A stretch of DNA of 62,838 nt, counting the filler, from Circinaria calcarea (Eukaryota): the NCBI GenBank assembly GCA_051942165.1. It is 43 parts of 43 records of this genome, joined end to end, with 100 filler letters (N's around TTAATTAATTAA, not from the genome) between each part and the next. Parts side by side here need not be neighbours in the genome. Positions count along the whole stretch, not along the records: positions 36,722 to 38,081 come from JAVECS010004831.1; positions 38,182 to 39,541 come from JAVECS010004832.1; positions 39,642 to 41,000 come from JAVECS010004833.1; positions 41,101 to 42,459 come from JAVECS010004834.1; positions 42,560 to 43,918 come from JAVECS010004835.1; positions 44,019 to 45,376 come from JAVECS010004836.1; positions 45,477 to 46,833 come from JAVECS010004837.1; positions 46,934 to 48,290 come from JAVECS010004838.1; 35 more parts are not named here. The stretch is one strand, 5' to 3'. Numbering within the stretch: the first letter of the stretch is position 1; every line of letters starts with the position of its first letter. Of this stretch, positions 37,159-49,747 are shown piece after piece. The position numbers and the translations under genes are program-made. The notes under the pieces were generated by a model. That model had not been told where the DNA came from. It saw nothing but the letters and a program-made list of their open reading frames with translations, and did not search any database.

Positions 37159-38181
37159 GGTAGAACAAGGTAAACAGAGAATTTGGTAGTGAGGGAAGAG
37201 TGCAGAGCGTGGAGCTTTAGGAATGGTTAACGGAGCCTCAATACGTTCGTCTTTCAAAAAGGGAGAGGTATAAATGACTTGACCCAGCTGCAACCTCTTG
37301 AGCTGAATAGGAACATATGGCCTTGGTTCGTGATGTCCGATTGACATCCAAACGGCAGCAGGTGTGGGGTTAAATTAGGCTGATTTGTTTATAAATCAGC
37401 GGGGCACGGTGAAGGGGGAGGAGTACAAGGCTGTAATCGCCGATCAACCGGCCAATATATCTCGATCCTCCCGAGCAGTCGAGAGGGAGTCCGAATGAAA
37501 TATTTGGGAATCAATGTCGTTTCTTCACTACTGGTTCCGGCAGTGGCACCGCGTGAGAGTCTCCTTTCACCGGCCAAGGAGACATAGCACCAAAGGGCAC
37601 ACACCACCTTCGATATTCTGATTGCAGATATGGTAGCGTGCCCCTGCTCCTTTTTGTCTGATGATGGAAAAGTGCGATATCAAACTCGCCTGGTAATCGA
37701 CCGGTAACAAGGGAGATCCTCCTCCAACATGTGGTAGGGTACTCTAAGGGAGCTCGTGTTCGCGGCGCTACATGATGAAAACCCGAATAGGTTCCCACTT
37801 CCAACTGACACAGACCTTTGACGTTTCGATTCCCCAGGGAAAGTGAGTATGTCGGAGCAGCTGATGTTGATGCTAAACCTCAAGCCGATGCATTCCACTT
37901 ATCCAGAGTGATCCCCAAAACGCCACGCTAAATGTTCAAGAACCCTTTGTACCCAATAACGTAAACCATCCGCCGAATCCAAGTCCAGATCCAGACGCCA
38001 TTCCATTCCGTAAGAATTTCACACCTACAGCCCATCCAGCACATCCTCCACCACCCCCTTCAACATCCTCAACCCATACACNNNNNNNNNNNNNNNNNNN
38101 NNNNNNNNNNNNNNNNNNNNNNNNNTTAATTAATTAANNNNNNNNNNNNNNNNNNNNNNNNNNNNNNNNNNNNNNNNNNNN

Positions 38182-38561
38182 CCCCCTCAACTACCACTTC
38201 GGCCCCCACAACCCACACCGATACCCCCACCCTAGTGACCTACCGGCACTATGCAACCCTCTACTTCATCCTGATAAGCACCTCTACCGAATCCCCCCTG
38301 GCACTCATCGACCTCATCCAGGTATTCGTCGAAGCCCTAGATCGATTCTTCCCAAACGTCTGCGAATTGGATCTGATCTTTAACTTTGAGACGCTACATG
38401 CGGTGCTGGGGGAGATGATTGTAGGAGGTGTGGTTGTTGAGACGGGGCTGGAGAAGGTTGTGAAGGGAGTAAGGGAGCAAGGGAAGATTGCTAAGAGGCC
38501 GGTTGATGGGGGACGAGCTGGGGCGTTGGGGTGGGGAGGTTTGGGTAGAGGGGGACGGTGA
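38182..38561 (+). CDS. APS3: AP-3 adaptor sigma subunit, C-terminal part
   Basis: YRHYATLYF...ESPLALIDLIQVFVEALDR.F.NVCELDLIFNF...GGVVVET. Confidence 0.95.
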
Positions 38562-39199
38562 GAGAAAGCGTCTAAGGATATTGAAAGGCACAGTCGATAG
38601 TCGAAATCTGGAATAAGCAACCAGGAGTATCCGCAGATGGAGAGGCCAAGTAAGGTTTATGTCAAGGTAGGCGAATCAAAGTAAGAACATGACACGTTGT
38701 TCTAGGTGCCGATTGTTGATATAGCTTGTTGGAGTCTACCTACCAACGAGCCGAATCATGTACACAGTCTTGCATTCTATGGAAGTCCAGGGCAAAGGTC
38801 GTAGGACGCTTGAAATCAGATTCAGAAAGACCCCGTCTTATCCAGTATCTCCACTCCAGTTCTTTCAAGCCCACCTGCAGTGATGTGCAGCTAGGGTGTA
38901 AGGGTGTTTTGCAATGGCTGCTCCATCCCACCGGCCCCTCTTATCAGCTACTTCTTCTACCCTCTCAACACTATCCGCCTTGATATCCTGTGTTGTGACT
39001 GCGCAGCGATATCTATCCCGCCTGTCTGGTCGCTAAAAGTGGTAGACGGTAGGGGAGCTTGTAGGTGAAAGCTGTTCTAGGTCTTGTTGGTAACTTCGGC
39101 AGAACCGGTTCCAGTTTTCAGGCGCTCAATCTGGTCTATGTCCTTGATTGGAATCGTCCCTCTGATATTCTGGGCCTTGTAGTTCTCCGACTCTCCTCT

Positions 39200-39541
39200 T
39201 CACGCAACAACAGGCACCTGCGCAGCCATTTGGCCGTCACCTTCTCCCTCAGGTCGAGGAAGATCATCCTGTAGCCAGTTTCCACGTCAGCTTCTAGACG
39301 ATCATATCCTCTAGTCCAGCAAATATCTCGCTCCCTTCCCCTCTCTTCCCGCTTCCCCTTCCCATCTTCCCCAAGCCACACATCAGGACTCACCACCTCA
39401 AAAATCACCCTAATCATCAAGCTGCAGCTCGGACAAACCGCCACGTCCTCTCCGTCCCTCAGGTCGGCGATGCCGATTTCGAATCGGTCGCCGCAGGGGC
39501 AGGGGTAGTGGTAGATTTGCAAGGTGGGGTCGTAGGTCATG
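39200..39541 (-). CDS. DPH3: Diphthamide biosynthesis CSL zinc finger protein (Kti11); intron 39393-39269
   Basis: [13 protein letters not shown]....[20 protein letters not shown]. Confidence 0.95.
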
Positions 39542-40267
39542 NNNNNNNNNNNNNNNNNNNNNNNNNNNNNNNNNNNNNNNNNNNNTTAATTAATTAANNN
39601 NNNNNNNNNNNNNNNNNNNNNNNNNNNNNNNNNNNNNNNNNGTGCCGCATATACCTGGTAGTGGAGTTTCGCGGGCACTCGAAGGTCATTCATTACAAAT
39701 AAAACCAGTTTTGCCAACGGCCTGCAGCAGTTCAGTCGGTACCGTGAGACCAATGGCAGCATTTCTTTGGTTAGATCCCAACTTCTTCGGAAGTTCTTCA
39801 GGCCTCTCGGGACGATGCACTCGCCATACTCAGCCCTGCAGGAGGCTCTTCCCTCTCCCTATGGTGGGATTCTTACACGTGAGTAACCTCCACCATACAT
39901 CGTTTTCGCTGTCGTGATCCATGGGAAGAGAACAAGCTATATTAAGAGACCCCGCCATCTCACGTAGGAGCCTTTGCGAAAACCGTGGTAGTCTCGAAGA
40001 ACTTACTTCCCGTATCCACCGAGCCTCTGAGGGAGGTTGTGGAGGTGCGGATTAGTGGCTCAGTCTTTGGCGTTCCACAATACGTGTTCCCGCCTTGATC
40101 GCCCGCAAAGTTCAAAGAAGCAATATCTCCTATAAGGCTCCCGATTGACAACTATTCTACCCTCAAAGACCTATGACAATTCTTATTATTATGTTGGGAC
40201 AGAAACCGTCTAGGAACACATCCTCGTGCTCTTTCCGTAAAAGACACGCTAGCCTTAACTCCGACCC

Positions 40268-41000
40268 TTGCCAGCAAAGTCCGCAGCCAATCCGGATCGG
40301 GAAGCTAGCTCCATCGTCAAAACGGCGTCATCAAGTGCAGCAGAGCCTCATCGAGTTGATGCATCAACATCACCCCCCGATACCAACAAACAGTTACCTG
40401 CTTTACCTTCAGTCATCCGCACTGTCGCAGGACCACTCGATACCGTCTCGACGCCGCCAAAGAGGCCCTCTCACCCAGGAAACATCACACCCAAATCTCC
40501 TTTTCGCCCCCCTAATCCGCGCAGGTATCCAGGTCCGAATCTCTCAAACCCTTCGAATACTTCTTCACGCGCTTTCAACCCCACTCAGCTACCTTCGAAA
40601 CCTCGAGAGCAAGATCGTACGCCTACGTCGGCAGACCATCTACCATTGCGAATATATCAAGGGGAATACCCACGCCTGACACTTCCTGACCAGCGTTTGC
40701 GTAGGCATCACATTCCCAGCAGCCTCTTGGTCGAGCAATCCCAGCCCAGCTCCTATCGAAATAGCCAAATTGCTGACGCCATCTCTCCTGTCACCGACCC
40801 AGAAGATTCCCCACCCTACCAAGCCCCCCGAAACAAAGGCAAACAAGTCATCCGCTACTCACCCGTCCCCCACATGGACCTCGAGCACCCACATCCAGAA
40901 CCTCAGCCCTCGAATATCGATCTCGAACGTGCTCCTCCTCGCACACTATCCAACAAACCCTCAACCACCCCGCTCCCCACATCTCCTCACTCCCCAACAT
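40268..41000 (+). CDS. Pro/Ser-rich low-complexity hypothetical protein fragment
   Basis: About 240-codon open frame to contig end; start uncertain; no domain. Confidence 0.4.
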
Positions 41001-41100
41001 NNNNNNNNNNNNNNNNNNNNNNNNNNNNNNNNNNNNNNNNNNNNTTAATTAATTAANNNNNNNNNNNNNNNNNNNNNNNNNNNNNNNNNNNNNNNNNNNN

Positions 41101-42459
41101 TGTTATTGACACTGGAAAAGTCAAGGAAACCAGCTTCGATCCTCAAAACAACATGGTTAAGTTGGAAGAAGTCTGGGCATCTCGAGCGGCATGCAAGCAG
41201 AGAAAAGGTCGTTCTGGGAGAGTACGTGCAGGTAAATGTTATAAGCTGTATACTCGGAATGCGGAGGCCAAAATGGCTGAAAGACCTGAGCCGGAGATTC
41301 GAAGAGTACCTCTCGAACAGCTCTGCCTTTCTGTACGTGCCATGGGTGTCAAAGCTGTGCCTGCTTTCTTGGCAAGTGCTTTGACACCGCCAGAGAGTAT
41401 GGCTGTTGATGGTGCTATGGAGCTTTTGGGTAGGATGGGTGCGTTAGATGGTGGTGAGCTGACTGCACTTGGTCGGCATCTGGCTATGATTCCTGCCGAC
41501 TTGAGATGTGGAAAATTAATGGTCTACGGGGCAACTTTTGGTTGCTTGGAAGCGTGCCTAACCATTGCTGCCATTCTCACCGTCAAGAGTCCTTTCGTTT
41601 CGCCACAGACCAAGCGCGAGGAATCGAAAGCGGCACGAGCATCGTTCGCCCAAGGTCAGGGTGACCTGATAGGCGATCTACGTGCCTATGAAAAATGGCT
41701 CGAACTTCGAGAATCGTCTCATCAACGGGATGTCCGCTCATGGTGTGATCAGCATTTTCTTTCCTACCAAACCCTAAATGACATTTCCTCCAACCGTTCT
41801 CAATACCTCTCCTCCCTCAAAGAAGCCTCTTTTATACCTCAAAACTACCACTCCTCAACCTCAAGCCCCCTCAACGCCCACAACGCCAACCTCGCTCTAA
41901 TCCGCGCCCTTATTGCCGGCGCCTTCAACCCCCAACTCGCCCGCATCGACTTCCCAGATAAAAAATACGCCGCCTCTGTCTCCGGGGCTGTGGAACTGGA
42001 CCCGGAAGCCAAGACAATCAAATATTTCAACCAAGATAACGGCCGCGTATTCGTTCATCCCAGCTCCACATTATTCGATGCCCAGAGCTTTCCGGGGGAT
42101 GCGGTTTACATGAGCTATTTCAACAAAATGGCAACCAGTAAAGTCTTTATCCGGGATCTTACTCGTAAGCCTCTCCTTTTTAAACTTTTCTCCCCTCCCC
42201 ACTACAAAACTAATCCGACCATCAGCATTCAACGCCTACACCCTCCTCCTCTTCTCCTCTCCCCCTCAAATCGACACCCTCGGCCGTGGCCTCATCGTCG
42301 ACAACTGGCTGCGCCTCCGCGGCTGGGCGCGCATTGGCGTTTTAATACGGAGATTAAGGGTGATGCTCGATGAGGTTTTGGCGAGGAAGATTGAGAACCC
42401 GGGGGAGGTGGTGGAAGGTATAGGGGAAGAGGTTGTGGGGGTTGTGAGGAGGTTGGTGG
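41101..42459 (+). CDS. DEAH-box RNA helicase (DHX57/DHX36-like), C-terminal part; intron 42165-42225
   Basis: VIDTGKVKET, motif VI QRKGRSGR, PEIRRVPLEQLCL, HA2 domain LTALGRHLA, OB-fold VHPSS. Confidence 0.92.
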
Positions 42460-42602
42460 NNNNNNNNNNNNNNNNNNNNNNNNNNNNNNNNNNNNNNNNN
42501 NNNTTAATTAATTAANNNNNNNNNNNNNNNNNNNNNNNNNNNNNNNNNNNNNNNNNNNNCATTCTATTTATTCAGGAAGGACGTCATTGACGAGAGATAT
42601 AG

Positions 42603-43918
42603 AGAGAAGCTCCTAAAAATGGACGCCAAGAGGCGAGAGTACGACATCGTGGTGATTGGGGAAGAGTCGCACTTGGCGTACAACCGCGTGGGCCTGACAA
42701 GCTTCTTTCAACATCGAAAAGTGGAAAACTTGTACCTGAATCCTCAGGAATGGGTATGCTGATTCTTCGTATCTGGGCAGCTGAGGCTAACCGCCATCTT
42801 TTGGTCCATAGTACACCAATACCCCTTCCGGCGCCCTAAACTACCACCTGAATACAATGGTCACAGCAATCCATGTCAAGGAGAAACTTGTCTCAACCTC
42901 GAACGGCGAGACTGTCCCATACGATATCCTTGTTCTTGCTACAGGCTCTGATGCCCTATTACCTCGTCATACACCTGGTCACGACGCTAAAGGCGTCTTC
43001 GTGTATCGCACCATCGACGATCTGCAGAAGCTCATCAAGTATGCGGATACAGTAAAAGGGAGCGCAGGTGCCGTGGTAGGAGGCGGCCTCCTTGGCCTTG
43101 AGGCGGCGAAAGCCATGATGGATCTAGAAACGTTTGGCAAAGTGAAGCTTATTGAAAGGAACAGATGGGTATTGAGTCGGCAACTTGATGGAGATGCTGG
43201 AGGAATGGTGGTGGATTTGGTAAGACAACTCGGGTTGGATGTACTGCTGAGTAAGAGAGTTGGGAAGATCGAGGTCGATGAGGAAAACGCTGTTAGAGAG
43301 GTTGTGTTTGAGGACGGAGAACGCATGGATTGCAAATGTCTCATGTTTGCAATTGGTATCAGAGCAAGGGATGAGCTGGCACGAAAAGCAGGTATCAAAT
43401 GCGCAGACCGTGGTGGAGGCATTGTCATAAATGCAGACTTGATGACAAGTGAAGAAGACATCTATGCCATTGGAGAGTGTGCAAGTTGGGAAAATCAGAC
43501 ATTCGGTCTAATTGCACCAGGTATTGAGATGGCAGACGTCTTATCGTTCAACTTAACGCAGGCCAAGGTGCATACACCGAGGAAGTTCAAAAGACCAGAT
43601 CTGAGCACGAAACTTAAACTGCTTGGAGTGGAGGTTGCCAGTTTCGGCGACTTTTTTGCAGATAGAGATGGACCTAAGGATTTGCCTGTAAGGAGGCATG
43701 GAGCTGCTGCAAGAAAGAAGGGCGAAGCTAACGCAGACGAGGAGACGGTCAGGCGTCTCACCGAGGGACCTCCTCCGCCTCCGGTAAAAGCATTAACATA
43801 CAAGGATCCCTTTCAATCCGTCTACAAGAAATATTTATTTACGCTTGATGGGAAGTATCTTCTCGGAGGGATGATGATTGGAGACACCAGAGATTACATC
43901 AAGCTAGTCCCGATGGTG
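42603..43918 (+). CDS. niiA: Assimilatory NAD(P)H nitrite reductase, N-terminal FAD/NAD domains; intron 42754-42811
   Basis: [75 protein letters not shown]. Confidence 0.95.
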
Positions 43919-44991
43919 NNNNNNNNNNNNNNNNNNNNNNNNNNNNNNNNNNNNNNNNNNNNTTAATTAATTAANNNNNNNNNNNNNNNNNNNNNNNNNN
44001 NNNNNNNNNNNNNNNNNNAATATACAGTTTCCGAAACTACTTACGGGTACGGTTCCTTTTGCTTTCGTTCATAAACCTGAAATCTTTATAGACAAAAGCC
44101 CTTCTTTGCCCGCCATTACTTACTTAGACTTGGTTGTCGGAATGAGGGCAGTACGGGGAAAAGACTGGCTAGATGGGTAGTGTGGCATATCGGCCTTTTC
44201 TTCTCTCTGACTCATATTTAGACCAATGGCCCTGCACAATGCTGCGAATATGGAGTTCTCCTGCATGAAAATCCAGTGAGGGATTTGTCGAGGTGGTTGG
44301 GGGGGAAGAGGAATCGCAGCGGCATTGCAGTTCGTTGGCTAAGAATGAGTTTGTGTTTCCACCAGGTGAAAGCCGCAGGAGCGCAATCGAAATGTAGGAG
44401 GGGATATCACCAGAATTGGGGTCCAAATCCCAATAGCGCTACTCTTCGGTGATCTGGTGGTTTCTTCAGGGACTGCAGTGGGTAGATCTGGTAGGCTGTG
44501 AAAGCAATACTACGGCACGAATAAGCCTTAGCGCTGCAGATCTTATAGGGGTCCAGCTCTTTTGCCATTTTATAAGGCCAATTAGATACATATGCCTGAA
44601 ATGTAATCAATCATTTCATGAATACTCTATCAACTTCTATCACGTCTGGGGCTGTGTCCAACCTCTATATATAACACACGTATAATTCTATTGGCCTGAA
44701 TAAAAGGCGCATTACCAAGCCAGCTGAGAGGCTGAGGTTTGTTTTACCTGCCACCGTAGTATATTAAGCCTCCTTTCTCAGATCTCAAAGTCAGTGTGTT
44801 CTTTACAGTCAGTTGACACGGTAGTTGTCTCATTGCTCACCTTTTAATACATATCATTGTCTCCACCAGCAAATCAACCTGCGAAGCAAGCAGCACGGCC
44901 ATTGTACCCGCAAAGTCCTTAGTAATATTCAATTTGGACGTCGCATTCATCCGATCCTCACGCAGCTCAGCTGCTGTTCAAACGTTGCAAA

Positions 44992-45376
44992 ATGCGCTTC
45001 CTGAATACCTCGACATACAAACTTATCAGTGACGAGGATCCAGAGTACTATAGGGACAGCAACGGAAAATACGCTATTCTCTCTCATCGTTGGCTTTCGT
45101 CCGAGATCAAGTACGAGACACTCAACCCTGCCAACCTAATGCATCATAGCCAGCAAAAGCCAGAGGAAGACAAGTATTCAGAGTCTGCGACTAAGATCAT
45201 AAAAGCCTGTGCCAAAGCCAAAGAGCAAGAACTGAAATGGCTGTGGATCGATACTTGCTGCATCAATAAGACGAGCGCCGTGGAGGAGGCAACATCCATC
45301 AACTCTATGTTTGAATGGTACAACAAAGCAGCTGTCTGTTACGCATATCTTCCCGACGTAGTCGGACCCGCCGTGG
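44992..45376 (+). CDS. HET-domain (heterokaryon incompatibility) protein, N-terminus
   Basis: MRFLNT, YAILSHRW, WLWIDTCCINK, INSMFEWY..AAVCYAYL.DV. Confidence 0.94.
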
Positions 45377-45476
45377 NNNNNNNNNNNNNNNNNNNNNNNN
45401 NNNNNNNNNNNNNNNNNNNNTTAATTAATTAANNNNNNNNNNNNNNNNNNNNNNNNNNNNNNNNNNNNNNNNNNNN

Positions 45477-45895
45477 ACCCTCCTCACCACCACCTACCGC
45501 CGCCACCTCCGCACGCACCCCTTCCTCCTCTTCGGCCTGCCCTTCCTCACCACCGTCGTCGCCGGCTCCTTTTTCCTGACCCCCGCCACGGCGCTGCGGT
45601 ACGAGAAGCACGACCGCAAGGTGCGCATGCTGAGCCGGGAGGAGGAGCTGGGCATCGGGCGCGAGAGGCGCAAGGTCGATCTGAACGAGGAGTTTTATCG
45701 CTTGAGCGCTAAGGTGGGTTCTTTTCATTAAGAGGGGGGGTGTTTGGGGGCGAAGAAAAAGGGAGAGTGAGGGAAAATAATGGGAAATTAAAGGGCTAAC
45801 GAGTTAATTTTTGCTTGGTTTTTTTCTAGGACCTGGATAATTGGGAGAATAAGCGGGTGAAACGGTTAAAGGGCGAGCATGATGGGATACTCTGA
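45477..45895 (+). CDS. COX16: Cytochrome c oxidase assembly protein Cox16; intron 45714-45829; not in ORF track
   Basis: HPFLLFGLPFL..VVAGSFFLTPATALRYEKHDRK...RRKVDLNEEFYRL/DLDNWENKRVKRLKGE. Confidence 0.93.
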
Positions 45896-46481
45896 CGGGA
45901 ATTCTTTCCGCGGGGGGGGAGCAAAAAGGGATTGCGGACCCGTGGAGAAGAAGAATGACTACGGGCGAAAGCGAACAAGTACCGCTAATGTGTGAGAATG
46001 AGGGAGAGGGAAGAGGGGGAACGGTGAAGAGGACTTGGGGCTTGGGATAAGAGTGGCTACCCAGGGGCGATAGGAAAGGATTGGTCCAGTACCGCATTTA
46101 AGAAGGGGGAGGCGGCTACTTGCAAGGCGACGTTGGTTGCTTTCTGCGGCTTATGACGAACCGGGTTGATTCCACGAGGGGCGACTATGGGAGCTACCAG
46201 CGATGGGCAGTTGAGGAAGAAGAAGCGTATTTCGGGAAGACCACTCCTCGAATACCACAATAACCCATCCACACTTCCACTACCAAAATTCTGCTGACGT
46301 AAAGTGTACACGGTTTAAAACTATATGCACAAAATAACAATTGTCAACCAATCTGTGCTTACACATGTTTCCGGTCCGGCGCCTTGCTCGAGAAACTCAA
46401 TAAAAACCCTGTCCGAACGCTATGCCTATCTGGGAAATTCCAAACACAAGAACCATTACCGCCCCCTTCTCTTCGACCAGA

Positions 46482-46833
46482 TCAGTAAGCCCTCCCGTTT
46501 CTCGTCCTGCCGATGGTCTGGAAAGTCTGGTGCCCAAAGGCAAGTGTATCAAACCGATCGATTCCCGCAGTGTTCACGTCTCCAGAAAACCCGGAAAGGT
46601 AGAAACCAAACACCACCACCAGATAAGTAAGCACGAGAATACTCCCCTTGAAGTAGTTGCTCTAGCATTCTTTGTATCAGCGTCTGAGTCTGGAGATGGA
46701 AAACAGATATGATTAGCTTACCTTTCCTTCACCGTACATGTAGCTGAGCAGAAATACGCAAAGAATGACAGTAACCTGTACATGTTAGCAAAGAGTTGAC
46801 AAAAGTTGTAGCACTGGCCATACCATATCCCAC
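46482..46833 (-). CDS. VNX1: Vnx1-type cation/H+ antiporter (CAX family), C-terminus; introns 46823-46776, 46721-46662; not in ORF track
   Basis: WDM/VTVILCVFLLSYMYGEGK/SNYFKGSILVLTYLVVVFGFY. Confidence 0.87.
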
Positions 46834-47214
46834 NNNNNNNNNNNNNNNNNNNNNNNNNNNNNNNNNNNNNNNNNNNNTTAATTAATTAANNNNNNNNNNN
46901 NNNNNNNNNNNNNNNNNNNNNNNNNNNNNNNNNCCTAGGCACATCGATGTGTCTCTGGAGACAAAGGCTTACAAATTCGGCATCATTCTGATAAGGTTCT
47001 AAAAGGCAATAGTGGTCGATACACACCTCACTGCTGTATAAGCTCATTTCGATCACGGACTTGTCCAAAGATGGAGAAGATCTTAGCAGTTGGTTGGCAG
47101 GGCGCCTTGATACCAACAAAGGTATTTCTAGCACTTTTTACTCTTATTATTTTATGAAAATTGATGTTGTTCTAGTCCCAGCCTCTGGAGCAGCCCAAAT
47201 TTGAGAAACTGGCC

Positions 47215-48290
47215 ATGAGAACACATCCGAAAGACACAACAGACGCGTGGAACATTCTTTCCGCAGGACTACCCTCACTCAATGAAGATGCCGCATTTTG
47301 GTGGCAAACGACAGGCTCTTCACTGGGAATAATGCTTTTTCAGGCTGGGTACGACATGCATGGTCAATATGAGGGCCTTCTCTTCCATTATCGGTATGTT
47401 GTGGGGTGGCTAGGACCACGTCCGACGACAAGTGGAATACCAAGAAACTGGAAAAGTTATATCGCAGATGACTTTTCACCTCTAGAGTACAGCTGGAGTT
47501 GGGAGAGTGTAGGAGCTTCTCCAAAGGTGCGATACCTCATCGAAGCTATAGGGCCTAATGCGGGAATGGCTGTCGACCCTTTCAACCAGGAAATGACCAT
47601 GGACCTTGTCAAACAGCTCCCTTCGGCAGCCCCCAATAGTGACTGGAAATGGTTCAACCATTTCACGAAAGCACTTTGTGTCTCCGACAGAGGTACGAGC
47701 ATCATGCATAAACCCGTGCAATCTCAGCGTCACAGCTCGTCTATCTTCATGGCCTTTGAACTTCGGAAAAACGGAGTCGACGTCAAAAGTTACTTCATCC
47801 CTGTTAAGGCCATTCAGACAGGACAGTCTCCATTAGCAGTTGTCAGTGAAGGAATAAAGAGTCTGGAGAACGAAACAACGAGATTTCCCGCCCTTGATCA
47901 ACTAGTGAACTTTATGACACTCGATGCTTACGGATCCTTATTATCCATAGTTGGCCTTGCGATTGATTGCGTGGAACCGATCAAATCCCGTCTTAAGTTT
48001 TACGTCCGATCTCCTCAAACATCGTTTGAATCTGTCTCCTACATTCTGACGATGGCTGGCAAGCTTAGACATCTCCATACGGAGAGTATTCTACAGGAAC
48101 TGCATGAAATTTGGTGGATGGTCCTGGGACTTGACGAAGCTTTCTCCAGATCAGAAGAGCTTCCAGCTAGCGACCATGAGACTTCGGGTATACTCTACAA
48201 CTTTGACATCAAGCCGGGAAATGAGATGCCGGAGTCGAAAGTATATATACCGGTCAAGCATTACGGCCGGAACGACCTTGAAATCGCCCA
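47215..48290 (+). CDS. DMATS-superfamily aromatic prenyltransferase, 3'-truncated
   Basis: FWWQTTG..L..ML..AGY...QY..LLF, WKSYIADDFSPLEYSW, DPFNQ, VKSYFIP, SRLKFY, KVYIPVKHY. Confidence 0.95.
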
Positions 48291-48390
48291 NNNNNNNNNN
48301 NNNNNNNNNNNNNNNNNNNNNNNNNNNNNNNNNNTTAATTAATTAANNNNNNNNNNNNNNNNNNNNNNNNNNNNNNNNNNNNNNNNNNNN

Positions 48391-49747
48391 GAAAATTCCA
48401 TCATTGCACGCTTACGGGATCGATTGGCAATAGCGAAAAACGCCAACGAGATGTTTCGAGTTTTTTCCAAGTTCAACGCCTTGTTTATCCGTCCCAAAAT
48501 TCGGGGTGCTATCGGCGAGTATCAATCACAGCTCATTGGCAATGTTAAGCATGATATCCTGGCTCTCCATGAACGCTTCAAGCAGCAATATGGAAACTCC
48601 GAAGCTCACTTGATGGCTCAACTACGCGACCTTCCGTCAGTCTCCGGTGCTATAATCTGGGTACGCCAAATAGAGCGCCAGCTAGATTCATACATGAAGA
48701 AGGTCGAAGATGTTCTAGGAAAAGATTGGACTCTCCACTTGGAAGGGCAAAAGCTGAAAACCGAAGGCGACAATTTTCGTAAAAAGCTCGACGCTCGACC
48801 AATCTTCGAATCTTGGCTGCACGATGTCATCAAGCGCAAGATATCAATCGCTGGCCGTTTGTTCGGCATCTGCCGTAACCGAACCATTGGAAACTTCATG
48901 GAGCTGTCTATTAATTTTGATCCCCAGGTTATCGCGCTATTCAAAGAGGTGAGAAACCTCACCTGGCTCAATTATCAGATTCCGCACGCTATCAGCAATG
49001 TATCAAAGGAGGCTAAGCGAGTATATCCATACGCGGTCAGCTTGATGGAAAGTGTTCGAAGTCTTGCTCAAACGAGTCGAATTATCGATGAGATGTCAGG
49101 GGTCTCGATTCTACTCAGCGGCTATCAGAAGGATGTTCAGGATTTAGTCAGTAAAGGAGTACCGCTCAAGTGGGAATCCTTCATTCACTCCTATGATCTT
49201 CAAATGAGGCAAGGTCCCCTCCTTACTAACGGAGCGAGCGATCGGTCTGCACCTTTCACACGTAGTGAGAGCAAACATGTCCAATTTGTCCGTGAATTTG
49301 CTGCTGCTGTGCTAACGCTGCAAAACAAGACAGCTGCATTAGTGGAGTCCAATGACGCGGTTCAACGGGCAATCGAGGAGCTTCGAACATGCCCATATGA
49401 TAAAAGTACTCTAAGAAAGCGCCTTGACAGCATTCAAACAGCCGTGGATCAGCTCAATCTGGAAAACTATACCAATCTTGGATATTGGGTTGGCGGAATG
49501 AATGATATGATTGAGAGTATCATGATCGAGCGAGTCCAGAAGGCCATGCATGTGTGGATGGAATCGTTTCTATCCTTTCAGCCTGGTAGTCCAATTCAAA
49601 ACAGCACGCGGAACGACGAGTCAAAAAATAGCGACGAAACAGATATCGTCCCGCACTTCAGCCCTCTCGTGCATGAGATAGCTATGCGAAATCAAGTTAT
49701 TTATCTAGACCCTCCTCCAGAGTTCGCTCGGGTAGAGTGGATATCTC
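48391..49747 (+). CDS. DYN1: Cytoplasmic dynein heavy chain, N-terminal tail fragment
   Basis: [67 protein letters not shown]. Confidence 0.96.

Noticed and set aside
41195..41225. Helicase motif VI QRKGRSGR as an inactivating change
   Set aside because: Ala-to-Ser is conservative; the Gln and Arg residues are intact
45429..45728. Minus-strand ORF in the track (and similar shadow ORFs over ADH1, LPD1, niiA, DYN1)
   Set aside because: Antisense shadows of recognised genes; here the real gene is COX16 on the plus strand
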